Translations under genes and position numbers: made by a program
Virus record (IMG/VR): IMGVR_UViG_3300025141_000047
Span: 28,799-92,798 of that record
Length of the DNA: 64,000 nt
Source of the DNA: a virus
Reading direction: 5' to 3' (one strand)
In this document: positions 20,177-30,009 of the stretch, piece after piece
How positions within the stretch are numbered: the stretch's first letter is position 1
How the letters are laid out: every line of letters starts with the position of its first letter
The notes under the pieces: model-generated
Database searches by the model: none
What the model was told of the DNA's origin: nothing
What the model saw: the letters and a program-made list of their open reading frames with translations, nothing else

Positions 20177-21325
20177 TCAGGCGGATAGGTCACGGATCTT
20201 GCCGTGTGCGCCATAAAAGAGTTGCCAAAGTTCACCCATTGTGTGGAAGAGTCCGACTTGACCAAGACGGTTGATACCGAATGGATCGCCAGTCTCGATT
20301 CCGCTTTCGTGGTAAAGAGTTGGTTTTGCTGTGCAGAAATACATATAGTCTGTATCAAGCATATAGATGCGAGATAGGCCACCAGTTGGTGCATGAACGT
20401 CTTTTGCAGGGATGATAGGAACGCCGTTGTAGGTTGCGACTACAAAGCCACCTTCCATACCAGGGATTCCTTGAACACCGTTCACGGAGGGGGTGACTCT
20501 CTTCATCTCAGTAAATCGTTGCTGAGGCTGCAAGAGTTGTTGAATTTTCTCGATGGTATCATACCCTGTGAGCATGACCTTTGGCTGACCTCCACGTTCC
20601 CAGACACTTCGGAACATTCCATCAAGAATGTTCAAGGTCAAAGGTCGTTCAGCACCAGCAGTTCCCATATCCACGTTTGCATCGAACCAGTCGTTTGCGC
20701 CAGTGGAGTTGCGAGTAATTGAATACATATTGTGGTCTGTCAAAGCCGAAATATCGCCAAAGGAAGCAGGTTCACTGAAAGACGATGATGTAGCACGATC
20801 AATGGATTCAAAGTTGTTTCCAGCGACAGTATCAACATCTCGAAGAAGCATCTTGTTGATTGATTCAGCGTGGGATTTTGACATCTCCATCTTGATAACT
20901 GCTCTTGCATCGCCCAGTCCATCATCCTTGTCTGCAAGGAACATGGCGGTTTCGCTGAGGTCAAACTTGGAAGCCACAGTCTTTGGCTTGGTGCTGACTT
21001 CTGCAAATGTTGGCTTGGTGGAATCAGGTAGCGCACCGTTCTCAGGAAGACCTACTGCATCAGTTGGCTTTCCAGTCACGACACGCCATCCAGACTTCTC
21101 CCAGGGTTTCTTAGGAAGAATTGAGAATGCGTTGAACTCTTGGTTCAATTGCGACCAGACTTTGCGGCCAAATATCGCTTGGTAAGTTCCAGCAGTTGAG
21201 GACATCAACGGTGAATCAGCCTTGAGTAAGTCTGTTCCGCTATATGCCCATGCGTTTGTTCCAGCACCCGCACCGTAGTAAAGGCGTTCCATGTCTTCGA
21301 TTGTTCGGATATATCCTTGCGTCAT
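20177..21325 (-). CDS. Major capsid protein (HK97 fold, magrovirus/HGTV-1-like)
   Basis: Start MTQGYIRTIEDMERLYYG with GGAGATGA SD. IFGRKVWSQLNQEFNAFSILPKKPW is recognisable from magrovirus-type MCPs. Follows the protease. Confidence 0.92.
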   Translation of the reverse strand: MTQGYIRTIEDMERLYYGAGAGTNAWAYSGTDLLKADSPLMSSTAGTYQAIFGRKVWSQLNQEFNAFSILPKKPWEKSGWRVVTGKPTDAVGLPENGALPDSTKPTFAEVSTKPKTVASKFDLSETAMFLADKDDGLGDARAVIKMEMSKSHAESINKMLLRDVDTVAGNNFESIDRATSSSFSEPASFGDISALTDHNMYSITRNSTGANDWFDANVDMGTAGAERPLTLNILDGMFRSVWERGGQPKVMLTGYDTIEKIQQLLQPQQRFTEMKRVTPSVNGVQGIPGMEGGFVVATYNGVPIIPAKDVHAPTGGLSRIYMLDTDYMYFCTAKPTLYHESGIETGDPFGINRLGQVGLFHTMGELWQLFYGAHGKIRDLSA

Positions 21326-21354
21326 CTTTTTCATCTCCATTTATTTTTTGATTT

Positions 21355-22683
21355 TCACTCGCCTCGCAAAGCACGTTGAGCGAGCATTTCTGCTGCTCGC
21401 CAGCCATCAAGGTCTGTTCCCATTGCATTGAACTCATCATGAGTCGGCACACGGATGGAAGTTGTAGGTTGGGTTGGTGAAACATCGCTCTTTTGTAGCG
21501 ATGCGTTCTCGGACTTGAGCATTGCGATCTCTTCACGGAGGGAGTTGAGTTGAACTCCAACATCGTTTGCCTTTCGCATCTCAATAGCCTGAGTTGTTTC
21601 AGCGTTGTATCGCTCTTGCCATTCTTTCTCAACAAGACCCTTTACTGCTTCTTCATCACGGAGAGCAGCGTAGGTTCGATAGCCCTTTTCCAATGTTTCA
21701 GGAGTCAAGGACTTGATAACGTTTCCATTGCCTTTTGGTGCGTTCATTTTCATTGATGGCGCACGTGGGGCTTTGATGACATTTTGATTGCCGCTTGGGG
21801 ATGGGAGAGAAGGATAGGATGGCTCGGATGCACCTTCGCCAGAACCTACTTCATCGCCTTGTCCTCGATGGGAATATCCGCCACGACCTTGTTCAAGAAG
21901 GTATGCCTTCTCTAAGCCGAAGTGACCACGAACTGCATTCAAATCAACGCCAGATTCATGAGCGAACTTTTCAAGTGTGGTGATATAGTCAAGAGCCGCT
22001 TCATCCGCATGGGATTTCTGGGTGTCTTGGTATTCATCGCTCTTTTCTTCCTTTTCTTCGGATTTTTCGCTCAGTTCTTTGAGGACTGAGTTCAGTCCAG
22101 CCTTTATTTCATTCAGGGTTTCAGTATTGCTCATATTATCATCTTCCATTTTTAGTATTGTGTAGGTTGATTCTGGGTTTATTCCTTTCTTGCATAGCGT
22201 GATTTCATGCAATTCAAGATCGGTAATCTCTCTATGGTTTCCAAGTTCTGGTGTGGTTTTACTCACACGGAATAGGGCTTGACCGCCAATCGAGAATGCT
22301 CGCAAGTCACCGTTGCGAATTTGCTTTTGCACTTCACGTGCTTTTTGAATGTCGCTGCGGATTTTGCAGACGACGAAGAGGCCGTGATCATCAACTTCGG
22401 ATTTCCAAACACGGCCTTCTGCATCGGTGTGGTCGCCAACGACTTCACCAACTTGGATTCCTGAATGTGCTAACTGAACATTGCGGAATGCTTTGTTATC
22501 CATGAATTGACCGAATGCTTTCTTTAGAGCAGCAGTTGGGATTCTATCTCCCTGCTTATCGACCATATCAACAGATGCGTAGCCAGCAACAAAGAGTTCG
22601 CCTTGACTACCTGATGACTTCAACAAAAAATCCGATCCTTCCGCATTCCATGATGCGGTGTGGAGTTCGAGACTGGTCGCCAT
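21355..22683 (-). CDS. Prohead protease (HK97 family) fused to a scaffold-like C-terminus
   Basis: GYASVDMVDKQGD, catalytic H (LAHSG), FSIGG and LHEITL motifs; acidic coiled-coil C-terminus. Confidence 0.9.
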   Translation of the reverse strand: MATSLELHTASWNAEGSDFLLKSSGSQGELFVAGYASVDMVDKQGDRIPTAALKKAFGQFMDNKAFRNVQLAHSGIQVGEVVGDHTDAEGRVWKSEVDDHGLFVVCKIRSDIQKAREVQKQIRNGDLRAFSIGGQALFRVSKTTPELGNHREITDLELHEITLCKKGINPESTYTILKMEDDNMSNTETLNEIKAGLNSVLKELSEKSEEKEEKSDEYQDTQKSHADEAALDYITTLEKFAHESGVDLNAVRGHFGLEKAYLLEQGRGGYSHRGQGDEVGSGEGASEPSYPSLPSPSGNQNVIKAPRAPSMKMNAPKGNGNVIKSLTPETLEKGYRTYAALRDEEAVKGLVEKEWQERYNAETTQAIEMRKANDVGVQLNSLREEIAMLKSENASLQKSDVSPTQPTTSIRVPTHDEFNAMGTDLDGWRAAEMLAQRALRGE

Positions 22684-22725
22684 TGATTCTAACGACTTTG
22701 TGTAATCCTATATGAAGGGATATGT

Positions 22726-25700
22726 TCAAATCTCTTCTGCTTCCGACCTATCATCAGGTTCGGCTTCTTGCTCATCAGCCATTTCCTGTTGCGTTTTTAG
22801 GGGCATTCTTAGAGTTGCAGTTCCATTTTGAACATCTATTACTGCTTGTTCCCCTGTTGCGGAGTCTTTAACCTGCAAATGTTTCATTGGAATCTCTTCA
22901 ACTTCTTCGGATTCTTTGGGATCGTAAAATGTAGTCCCGCTATCCTCTATGAGTTCTGTTGGACCTCTTGGGGCGGTAATATCGGCTTGCATCCCCGCCC
23001 ATGCGCCACCATCTGGTGAAATACGATTCATTCTCGGAAACATATTTTCGATAATATCATCATCTATTGCTTCATTAACAGTCCATTTTTTCCCATCATC
23101 TGTCCTTTCAAGGCCATATTCTCCTGAAAACATCTCAAGCATTTTCTCATTGAGTCCTTTGACATTATCCAACAAGTATTCTGTTGTTTTTGCCGTATCA
23201 TCCTCAGTTATTGTCTTACGTGCCTGTTGCATAGTGTGTGCTACATTATCGCCTTCTTCATTTTCACCAATGATTGATGGCGCACGTAGCAAGGTCTTTT
23301 TTACAATACTCAATTTTCGAGGTCGCTTTCTTTTCAGGGTTGAATGAAGTGGCTGATGAGTTCCACCATCACTTGAAGTGACTGTCCCACCTGCCGCAGC
23401 ACCGCCTCCCCCTGCCGCAGCACCTTCTTTCAATAAATCAACTGCGACTGGACCCCATAATGGAATGTCATTTTGTGCTTTTGTGAACATGGCTTCGTTT
23501 CCTTCAAATGTTGAGATGGTGAAGCCCTTTCCATCAAATTCACCCTTTACAATTACAGGATCATAAATTGAAGGATATACCAATTTTATTTGATTGGGAT
23601 AGACAATGAGTTCAGGCATTGGAGGATAGAATGCTTTAGCGATGGAATCCTTTGCGTATCTAATCCACTTTGGGTGGACTTCTTTTTCTTTCATGAATGT
23701 TGAACGTGAATCTCGAATTAACAATTCATCATCGTCAAAATTATGTATCGCTTTTCCTAAACCTTCTTGATCGGTTGATACGCAATTAGTGGGCATTGGA
23801 AAATGCACATTTTCTGTTGAATCATAAAGTGTCCTTAACGCATTGATACGATCTTCAAGGGGTTCAAGGTGCATATCTGTTCCTTTGTGAACCAACAAAT
23901 CAACTACTTTGAGGGTCTTTCCATCCAAATATCCATCAAAAGTAAAATCCCCTTTTATTTCACGCAATTGCTTCTTTATTGAACTGGGCAATTTATCTGT
24001 TTTCAAATGATTACCTTTTCTTTCAATGAACATTCGCTCTCCTTGCGGCATTTTTTGAACTATCCAATCTCCTGAGAATCCACGCAACTTATCCATGTCA
24101 TCTAATTTGTGAATCGTGTATGCTGGAATGATTTTGGTTGTAAAAACGCCAGTTGGTTCATAGTCCTCCGCTTTGAGAATGCTTCCTGTTGCGATAGGCG
24201 AAAGTCCTCTATGGTCTAAAGCCGATAAAGCATGAATATCTCTTTGCTTCGGCATAACATTTGACTCCAATAGTGAAGGCAATACTGCCTTTATTTTGTT
24301 TTCATGAACAGTTCTTTGCATAATGTTGAACGGTTCTTCGGCCATTCCAAAACTGATGCCCCCGCTTTGAGGATCATGTTTCCATGTAAGCGTTGCTGGC
24401 ATTTCATGACCCCAAAGGTGGGTGTTTCCAGTATTGTAAGTGGGAGGGGTTGTAGCAAATGATGTAGGATGAACGGGTCCAAGTTGTTTCAATTGCATTG
24501 CTATTTTGTTTCCATTCATTGTTGGGGCTAAGGCTCGGTATTCTTCCCCCATATTCATTTTCTTCATAGCAAAATCAGCCGCACCTGCAAGTTGTTGTAG
24601 GTTTCCACGTGCGAGAGTTGCTTGTTCCATGTTTGTTGGATCGGAGGGATTAAGGATTTGAGGTCCAAGTTGTTTCATCACCCTTTGAGCCATATTGTTC
24701 ATCACTTTACCCATGTGCATATCATTTGCGGCGAATAAAGCGTTGTGATTATCCCAGTATGTAGGGTTTGATGAGGGGTGTTCTTCACGGAACATACCGA
24801 TTCTTGGTGAACCCATATCTGCTTGACCAGATAAAGAACGCCCTAAACGACTCATCATCATTTGGTCGGATGGGACAATCATTCGGCCTCCTTGACCTTG
24901 AACTTCACTGGGATGCAAAAAATGAAGGTTTGAAGCATGACTCCAATTCGCCCTCCGCTTCTCGAAAAAGTCGGCATCGTTGAAATTTGATGTTAAAGAG
25001 GCGTGTGATGGATTATTCTTTGCATCAGGATGGTTGGAGATGTGAGGAAAGTGGCTTCCCCCATCGGATTCATAGGTGTCAAGCATACTGTTTGAAACGC
25101 CCATTAAAGCCTCATCAAGCCAACCGCCGCCGAAAACTTTTGGGTATGTTTGACTCATTATGTCATGCAATGAATTTGAATCACGCCCCACGCCTCCCCA
25201 GGGCTGAAATATGTCCCACCAATGATGGGTATGCGATGGTTCAACGCCATTCGCCATCTCAACAAAAGGACTGACAAAGTGCAAATCAGCACTTGCTTCA
25301 TCACTTTTCATAAACTCGGCGTTTGGCATCATTTGAGGAATTGGTTCTTTTGCAGGGCAAACTGGACCATGACGATCACTTGCCCTGCGCCACCATTGAA
25401 GGAGAGGAATATATCTCGCTCGAAATGAGCGTAATGCCCGACCCCATGAAATCCCCGCCTTTTCGCTCATTTTGTTTTTCAACACTTTAGCATCAGGTGA
25501 GTTCATGTCTTTTTTTGTAGCCATCTGTTGCATCAGCCCCAAAAACTGTTCTCGTTGATCCTCAGTGTTATATTCCAAACCAAACAGATAAGGCAACAAA
25601 CCCAATCGCTTTTGCCATTCATTGATTTTCCCATCACGGTATTCGTCATCGGAATATGTGCTGTATCTATTCCGATCACGTGTCATCAAATCATGCAACG

Positions 25701-26181
25701 TTTCTTTTGGCTGACCATATCGGGCAATATCAAAATTAAGACGGCTTTCATGTTCAGCAATTGCTTTGAGATGAGGCATGGCGTGAGCCAAATGTTCAGC
25801 GTATGCAGGGTCGCCCCATGCTGCGCCATGAAGCAACGGGCAACTGTTTGATTTCATGCCGAATGGTTGATGTTCGCCAAACTGATTTTCTGGCGATGCA
25901 ATAGGCCAGTCTGTTAATGGATTGTTTGAAACCTTTGTATGCCCCGCTACAAAATCAGCATGAGTAGGTATTTTCATTTGAGATACCGCCATTGGTGCGG
26001 ATAAATCGGTCATTCTAAACTCAGGCAATTCAGGTGTCATGCCTCCAAGCATGGTTGCCGTGTCTTGAGGCGTTTCTTGACCGTCTGGGATTTGACCTGC
26101 ATAATGCTTAAAATCAAATGCTGATGCTTTGTGAATTGAAAGGATTGCATCTGTTCGCAGCCTATCTAATTCAAGCGTCAT
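22726..26181 (-). CDS. Large head-associated protein containing a divergent ATP-dependent DNA ligase adenylation domain
   Basis: WIVQKMPQGER (motif I), FTFDGYL (III), VVDLL (IIIa), PLEDRINAL, ELLIR (IV) and WIRY at ~23635-24172. Confidence 0.7.
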   Translation of the reverse strand: MTLELDRLRTDAILSIHKASAFDFKHYAGQIPDGQETPQDTATMLGGMTPELPEFRMTDLSAPMAVSQMKIPTHADFVAGHTKVSNNPLTDWPIASPENQFGEHQPFGMKSNSCPLLHGAAWGDPAYAEHLAHAMPHLKAIAEHESRLNFDIARYGQPKETLHDLMTRDRNRYSTYSDDEYRDGKINEWQKRLGLLPYLFGLEYNTEDQREQFLGLMQQMATKKDMNSPDAKVLKNKMSEKAGISWGRALRSFRARYIPLLQWWRRASDRHGPVCPAKEPIPQMMPNAEFMKSDEASADLHFVSPFVEMANGVEPSHTHHWWDIFQPWGGVGRDSNSLHDIMSQTYPKVFGGGWLDEALMGVSNSMLDTYESDGGSHFPHISNHPDAKNNPSHASLTSNFNDADFFEKRRANWSHASNLHFLHPSEVQGQGGRMIVPSDQMMMSRLGRSLSGQADMGSPRIGMFREEHPSSNPTYWDNHNALFAANDMHMGKVMNNMAQRVMKQLGPQILNPSDPTNMEQATLARGNLQQLAGAADFAMKKMNMGEEYRALAPTMNGNKIAMQLKQLGPVHPTSFATTPPTYNTGNTHLWGHEMPATLTWKHDPQSGGISFGMAEEPFNIMQRTVHENKIKAVLPSLLESNVMPKQRDIHALSALDHRGLSPIATGSILKAEDYEPTGVFTTKIIPAYTIHKLDDMDKLRGFSGDWIVQKMPQGERMFIERKGNHLKTDKLPSSIKKQLREIKGDFTFDGYLDGKTLKVVDLLVHKGTDMHLEPLEDRINALRTLYDSTENVHFPMPTNCVSTDQEGLGKAIHNFDDDELLIRDSRSTFMKEKEVHPKWIRYAKDSIAKAFYPPMPELIVYPNQIKLVYPSIYDPVIVKGEFDGKGFTISTFEGNEAMFTKAQNDIPLWGPVAVDLLKEGAAAGGGGAAAGGTVTSSDGGTHQPLHSTLKRKRPRKLSIVKKTLLRAPSIIGENEEGDNVAHTMQQARKTITEDDTAKTTEYLLDNVKGLNEKMLEMFSGEYGLERTDDGKKWTVNEAIDDDIIENMFPRMNRISPDGGAWAGMQADITAPRGPTELIEDSGTTFYDPKESEEVEEIPMKHLQVKDSATGEQAVIDVQNGTATLRMPLKTQQEMADEQEAEPDDRSEAEEI

Positions 26182-27083
26182 TCGAAATCATCACCAGGCC
26201 AGCATCGGTCACAACGATTGACTGTTCCACCCCTGGCTGAATGAGTTGATGGCCTACCGCAATCGCCACATGATTTTGGTTTTTCTTCTTTAGCGAGGTG
26301 GTCTTTGACCTGTTTCAACAATCCCTCAATCTCACCGATCATTCCGAGATTGTTTCGCCCTGCGTGTTTTGTTAAAGAGGCGAGGCGTTGCTCGATAGTG
26401 TCAATGTTTGGCGGATTCTTACGTGTGCCGCCAGCATCGTTGTAGTGCATATGTAGGCTACTGCTTTTTGCAGTATATCCTTTTTGAGCATACGCAGGGA
26501 TTTTAGCGGTTTCACTGATAGTGGATTTTTTAGGTCCATCGTTTGTTGCAGGGTATGTGCCGTTAGTTGTAAATCCGTGTGCATTAACAGGCATCCCGCC
26601 ATCAACGTTTTGGAATTGAGGGAATAGGTTCTCAACACTTGATTCTTGACTGTATTTTTTGAGTTCTTTGGATTTAGGATAGCACGTTTCGCAAGACCCG
26701 CCTTCATCATCTTCCATGCACATTGAATTACAAGTGGTGTTTTTGACTACAATGCCCATCTCTTGAAGAATCTCGGTGGTCTTATCCATTTTAAGAGGCG
26801 CACATTCGGGGTCGTCAGCACAAGCCGAACAGCCGCCATCTTCGTCAAGAGCAATTTCGTGAAGGCCACAAACATATTTTTCACCATCAAATTGACGCTT
26901 TGATATTTTATTCTTGTTGCCTTTTGGTGTAGGCAATTCAGGTGCTTTTCTTTGACCACGATCTGATTTGTATTGCTTAGAAGTTGTTTTCTTTTCAACA
27001 ATACTTTTCAATAAGTCTTGAACATCGGCCAAAAGAAGTCCTTCTGGGGTATCAGTCATTGGATTAAACCATTGTGCGCTCAT
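26178..27083 (-). CDS. Hypothetical head-module protein with several Cys clusters
   Basis: Start MSAQWF (ATGA overlap); CxxC motifs and several hydrophobic-x-K sites. Confidence 0.6.
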   Translation of the reverse strand: MSAQWFNPMTDTPEGLLLADVQDLLKSIVEKKTTSKQYKSDRGQRKAPELPTPKGNKNKISKRQFDGEKYVCGLHEIALDEDGGCSACADDPECAPLKMDKTTEILQEMGIVVKNTTCNSMCMEDDEGGSCETCYPKSKELKKYSQESSVENLFPQFQNVDGGMPVNAHGFTTNGTYPATNDGPKKSTISETAKIPAYAQKGYTAKSSSLHMHYNDAGGTRKNPPNIDTIEQRLASLTKHAGRNNLGMIGEIEGLLKQVKDHLAKEEKPKSCGDCGRPSTHSARGGTVNRCDRCWPGDDFE

Positions 27084-27397
27084 GCTGTTCTCACCTGCTT
27101 TTCTGCTGCTTCCCAATCCTTGAGGACTTCATCTCTTGATTTTAAGAACAAATCACCGCTTCCTGAAAAGGGCGTATTATCCACTGGAACTTGTCGATTA
27201 AGAGGATCAAATGTTTCATCGGCGTGAGGGGTGGTGTATTTTTTCCATCCATGCTTTCTCATTAACAACTCAGGGTCACCCATTGCTTTTGCTAATGTGG
27301 TGTTTTCAGCCTCAAGTGCCTGGACTCTTTGATTAAGAACACGGACTTCGCCAATCAGTTCTTTGAGAATGTCAATTTGCTCTTGTTCATCGCTCAC
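27080..27397 (-). CDS. Small coiled-coil head-module protein
   Basis: GTGA-coupled ORF with an N-terminal heptad pattern. Confidence 0.6.
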   Translation of the reverse strand: MSDEQEQIDILKELIGEVRVLNQRVQALEAENTTLAKAMGDPELLMRKHGWKKYTTPHADETFDPLNRQVPVDNTPFSGSGDLFLKSRDEVLKDWEAAEKQVRTA

Positions 27398-27834
27398 ATT
27401 CCCACCCCCATGCCGCCTTGAGGTGGCATTCCTTGTTGCGGAGGCATATTCATTGGAGGTTGTTGTTGCATTGCTGCGGCCATTGGATCGTTAGCCCCGC
27501 CGACTGGTGCAAGTGGTTGCATTCCCGCAATTGAAGCGTGGGCTTCTCGAATCATTGAAATGTCTTGAGAGAGAGATAGGATTTTTTGGCGTAGTGCCTC
27601 CATGTTTTTTTGTAGGGCAAGCGTAGGCTCGGATTCAACATTGGTTGCACGTGCTTGCGACATAATTTGGTTCATCTCATTACATTGAGAGGCAAGTGTT
27701 TGAATGCCGTCATCAATAGCGTTAATCAAAAGTGCCGCAGGTGCGGTTGAAACAGAAGTCACAGGGTCGTTTTTGTAAAGGTCATAGATGTGCGCTGATT
27801 GGCGACGATCCACCCATCCTTCCATTTTCCACAT
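27394..27834 (-). CDS. Coiled-coil protein with Q/P/M-rich tail
   Basis: Coupled ORF between portal and protease genes. Confidence 0.6.
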   Translation of the reverse strand: MWKMEGWVDRRQSAHIYDLYKNDPVTSVSTAPAALLINAIDDGIQTLASQCNEMNQIMSQARATNVESEPTLALQKNMEALRQKILSLSQDISMIREAHASIAGMQPLAPVGGANDPMAAAMQQQPPMNMPPQQGMPPQGGMGVGM

Positions 27835-27837
27835 TGT

Positions 27838-28176
27838 TCAAACCACCCGATGAGGCGTGTAAAATCCTGTTGCTCGGCCATGACGACTTACGCCCTGAGC
27901 AACCGCATTTTCAGTGCCGTTATAATCGGATGCCGTGTTATCAAATTGAGGGATGACTCCCATGAATACATCAGCAGGTTGATTTTTAGAAACTGATTTT
28001 TGAACTTGGTCGTGAAGTGCTAAATCGGACTTTAACATTGATAGTGCATTTTCAGCCGCCATAATCCCTGCGGAGATTGCGCTTGCATCATTTGAGGCAA
28101 TTGCCTTTTGGATTCCTTCAACTGCGGCCAACGCCCTTCGAGCCATTGGGTCCATCTTCTCGATAATATCAAACAT
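27838..28176 (-). CDS. Small head-module protein
   Basis: GGTGA SD; helical; follows the portal gene. Confidence 0.6.
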   Translation of the reverse strand: MFDIIEKMDPMARRALAAVEGIQKAIASNDASAISAGIMAAENALSMLKSDLALHDQVQKSVSKNQPADVFMGVIPQFDNTASDYNGTENAVAQGVSRHGRATGFYTPHRVV

Positions 28177-28206
28177 CTTCGCTCACCCTTTCGCAGTATC
28201 TCCCAC

Positions 28207-30009
28207 TTATTGACTGTTGCCCCTTGAACCGCCCAAACCATGCCGTTTTTCTGTTTCTTTGATTTGGTGGTCAATGGCTTTTTCCTGTGGAGATTTATGT
28301 TCTCTTTTGTCCGTCTTTACAGATGCAGCCGAAGGCGCACCATCAACACGTCGAATCATACCTGGACTTTCACCGCCGCTTTGACGTGTGTTTTCGCTTT
28401 GAGTCCTCAAAGGCGGTAAATCAGTTCCAGCAGTTGTAGCGAGGGAATCAGCAAAAGGAATAGACCCCCTGCTTGAATCAAAATTGGTTCGCTTAAACAT
28501 CATGTTTGGATCGGAGAGCATTTCATCTCCTTTTTGCACAGGTTGTCCTCCGCCCTGTTGTTGCTGCTGTTGTTGAGCCTGTGCCGCAGCGACTTCTTGA
28601 GGGTTTGGTTGCTTGAAATCAAAGTGAAGTATTTTGTCATCTATTCCATCACGGAGGTTTGCCTCATAACCTGCTTGCTTCATTTGCATCATGTTGCGAA
28701 TAGCCATCTCATCTCTTCGCAATTGCATAATTTCATCCTCTTCCTCATGTGGATTTAGAAGAAGTTCCCATTCTTTGATTTCAAAAGCCTCAGTAATTTG
28801 AGGGAATAATACCCGATTGTAAATTGATTGTGCAAATGCTACGGCTCGGTTGCTCACCACGATCTGCATTCCTTCGTTATTAAGTCCACCACCAGACACA
28901 TCATTCATGAAAACATTTGATACTCCAAAGAATGCTGCGATTCTTTGTCTTATGTCATCCTTAATTGGGATATATTGCAGTTCTTCGAGGGTGTCCATCA
29001 TACGCACATACTCAAGACCTCCACGCCCAGATTCGGTTTCAACACCAATTGTTGGAATGTAAGACGGATCACGCTCAAGGTGTTCCTGAATGTTTCTGGC
29101 GGTTCGCTCAACCGTTTCCATGTTGGATGATTTGATGACCATAACGCCTCTCGGCATACGCTTCTTTTGATACGCTGAATAGACATAATTATCCATAGCG
29201 ATGAGGGTATTGACCTGCCTCCACATTGTTGCGATAGGGCTTCGGCCATACAATTTACTGGGCGACCACTTACTGAGATGAATGACCTCGCCCTCAGTAT
29301 ATACTTGTCCTTTTCCAACACCTGCAAGGTTCATGTAATGGATCGGAACAACAGGCATCCCCGTTGCAGGGCATTTGTCCTTTGGGTCGCTGGTTCGATA
29401 AGTCCTATCAACCAATGAAGTGTATTGGCTTCCACCACGAACCCCTCTTTTATCAGCAAGCATACGCATGAAAATAGGGTCGGCACGTGTAATCTCCTTC
29501 ACCCTAAAAAACATGACCTTCTTTGTATCGGGATCAACAAAGTATTCCTTTGTAAGTATCAGGTAAGCATCATCAACAACGTTCAAGTCCATTTCGACTT
29601 CTTTCATAATTTCAATGAAACTTTGCATCATTCCATTTTTGCTTTCAAGTAATGCCTCAGCGTATTCCAATTCGGATTTATCCGCTTTACGGACTTCTCC
29701 GCCGCATTTTCCACAGGATTCAACCTCTTGATGGAACTTTTCATCACATTCCCTGCATTTTACTACAAACTTTGGTTTCCACCCGTAGCCTTTTCTAAAT
29801 GCTTCAACAGAAAGGTGATTGAGAATTGAGCGCAAAACTACGCATTCAAAGGTGGCTGCATAAAGAGCAGGTATCGTAATCCCTTGTAAAAGAGGGGGTT
29901 CTTGAATCCCAGATTGAAATAATGGCATTGTGGGCATGGGCGTTGTGTGCCTTTCCATGTCAATGCCTATCGCTGAAAATAAGCGTTCCATCCTCTCTTT
30001 ATCAGCCAT
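28207..30009 (-). CDS. Portal protein with Zn-ribbon insertion
   Basis: DLNVVDDAYLIL, EVIHL...LYGRSP, MPRGVMVI and IAAFFGVS portal motifs; CRECD...CGKCG insert. Confidence 0.9.
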   Translation of the reverse strand: MADKERMERLFSAIGIDMERHTTPMPTMPLFQSGIQEPPLLQGITIPALYAATFECVVLRSILNHLSVEAFRKGYGWKPKFVVKCRECDEKFHQEVESCGKCGGEVRKADKSELEYAEALLESKNGMMQSFIEIMKEVEMDLNVVDDAYLILTKEYFVDPDTKKVMFFRVKEITRADPIFMRMLADKRGVRGGSQYTSLVDRTYRTSDPKDKCPATGMPVVPIHYMNLAGVGKGQVYTEGEVIHLSKWSPSKLYGRSPIATMWRQVNTLIAMDNYVYSAYQKKRMPRGVMVIKSSNMETVERTARNIQEHLERDPSYIPTIGVETESGRGGLEYVRMMDTLEELQYIPIKDDIRQRIAAFFGVSNVFMNDVSGGGLNNEGMQIVVSNRAVAFAQSIYNRVLFPQITEAFEIKEWELLLNPHEEEDEIMQLRRDEMAIRNMMQMKQAGYEANLRDGIDDKILHFDFKQPNPQEVAAAQAQQQQQQQGGGQPVQKGDEMLSDPNMMFKRTNFDSSRGSIPFADSLATTAGTDLPPLRTQSENTRQSGGESPGMIRRVDGAPSAASVKTDKREHKSPQEKAIDHQIKETEKRHGLGGSRGNSQ

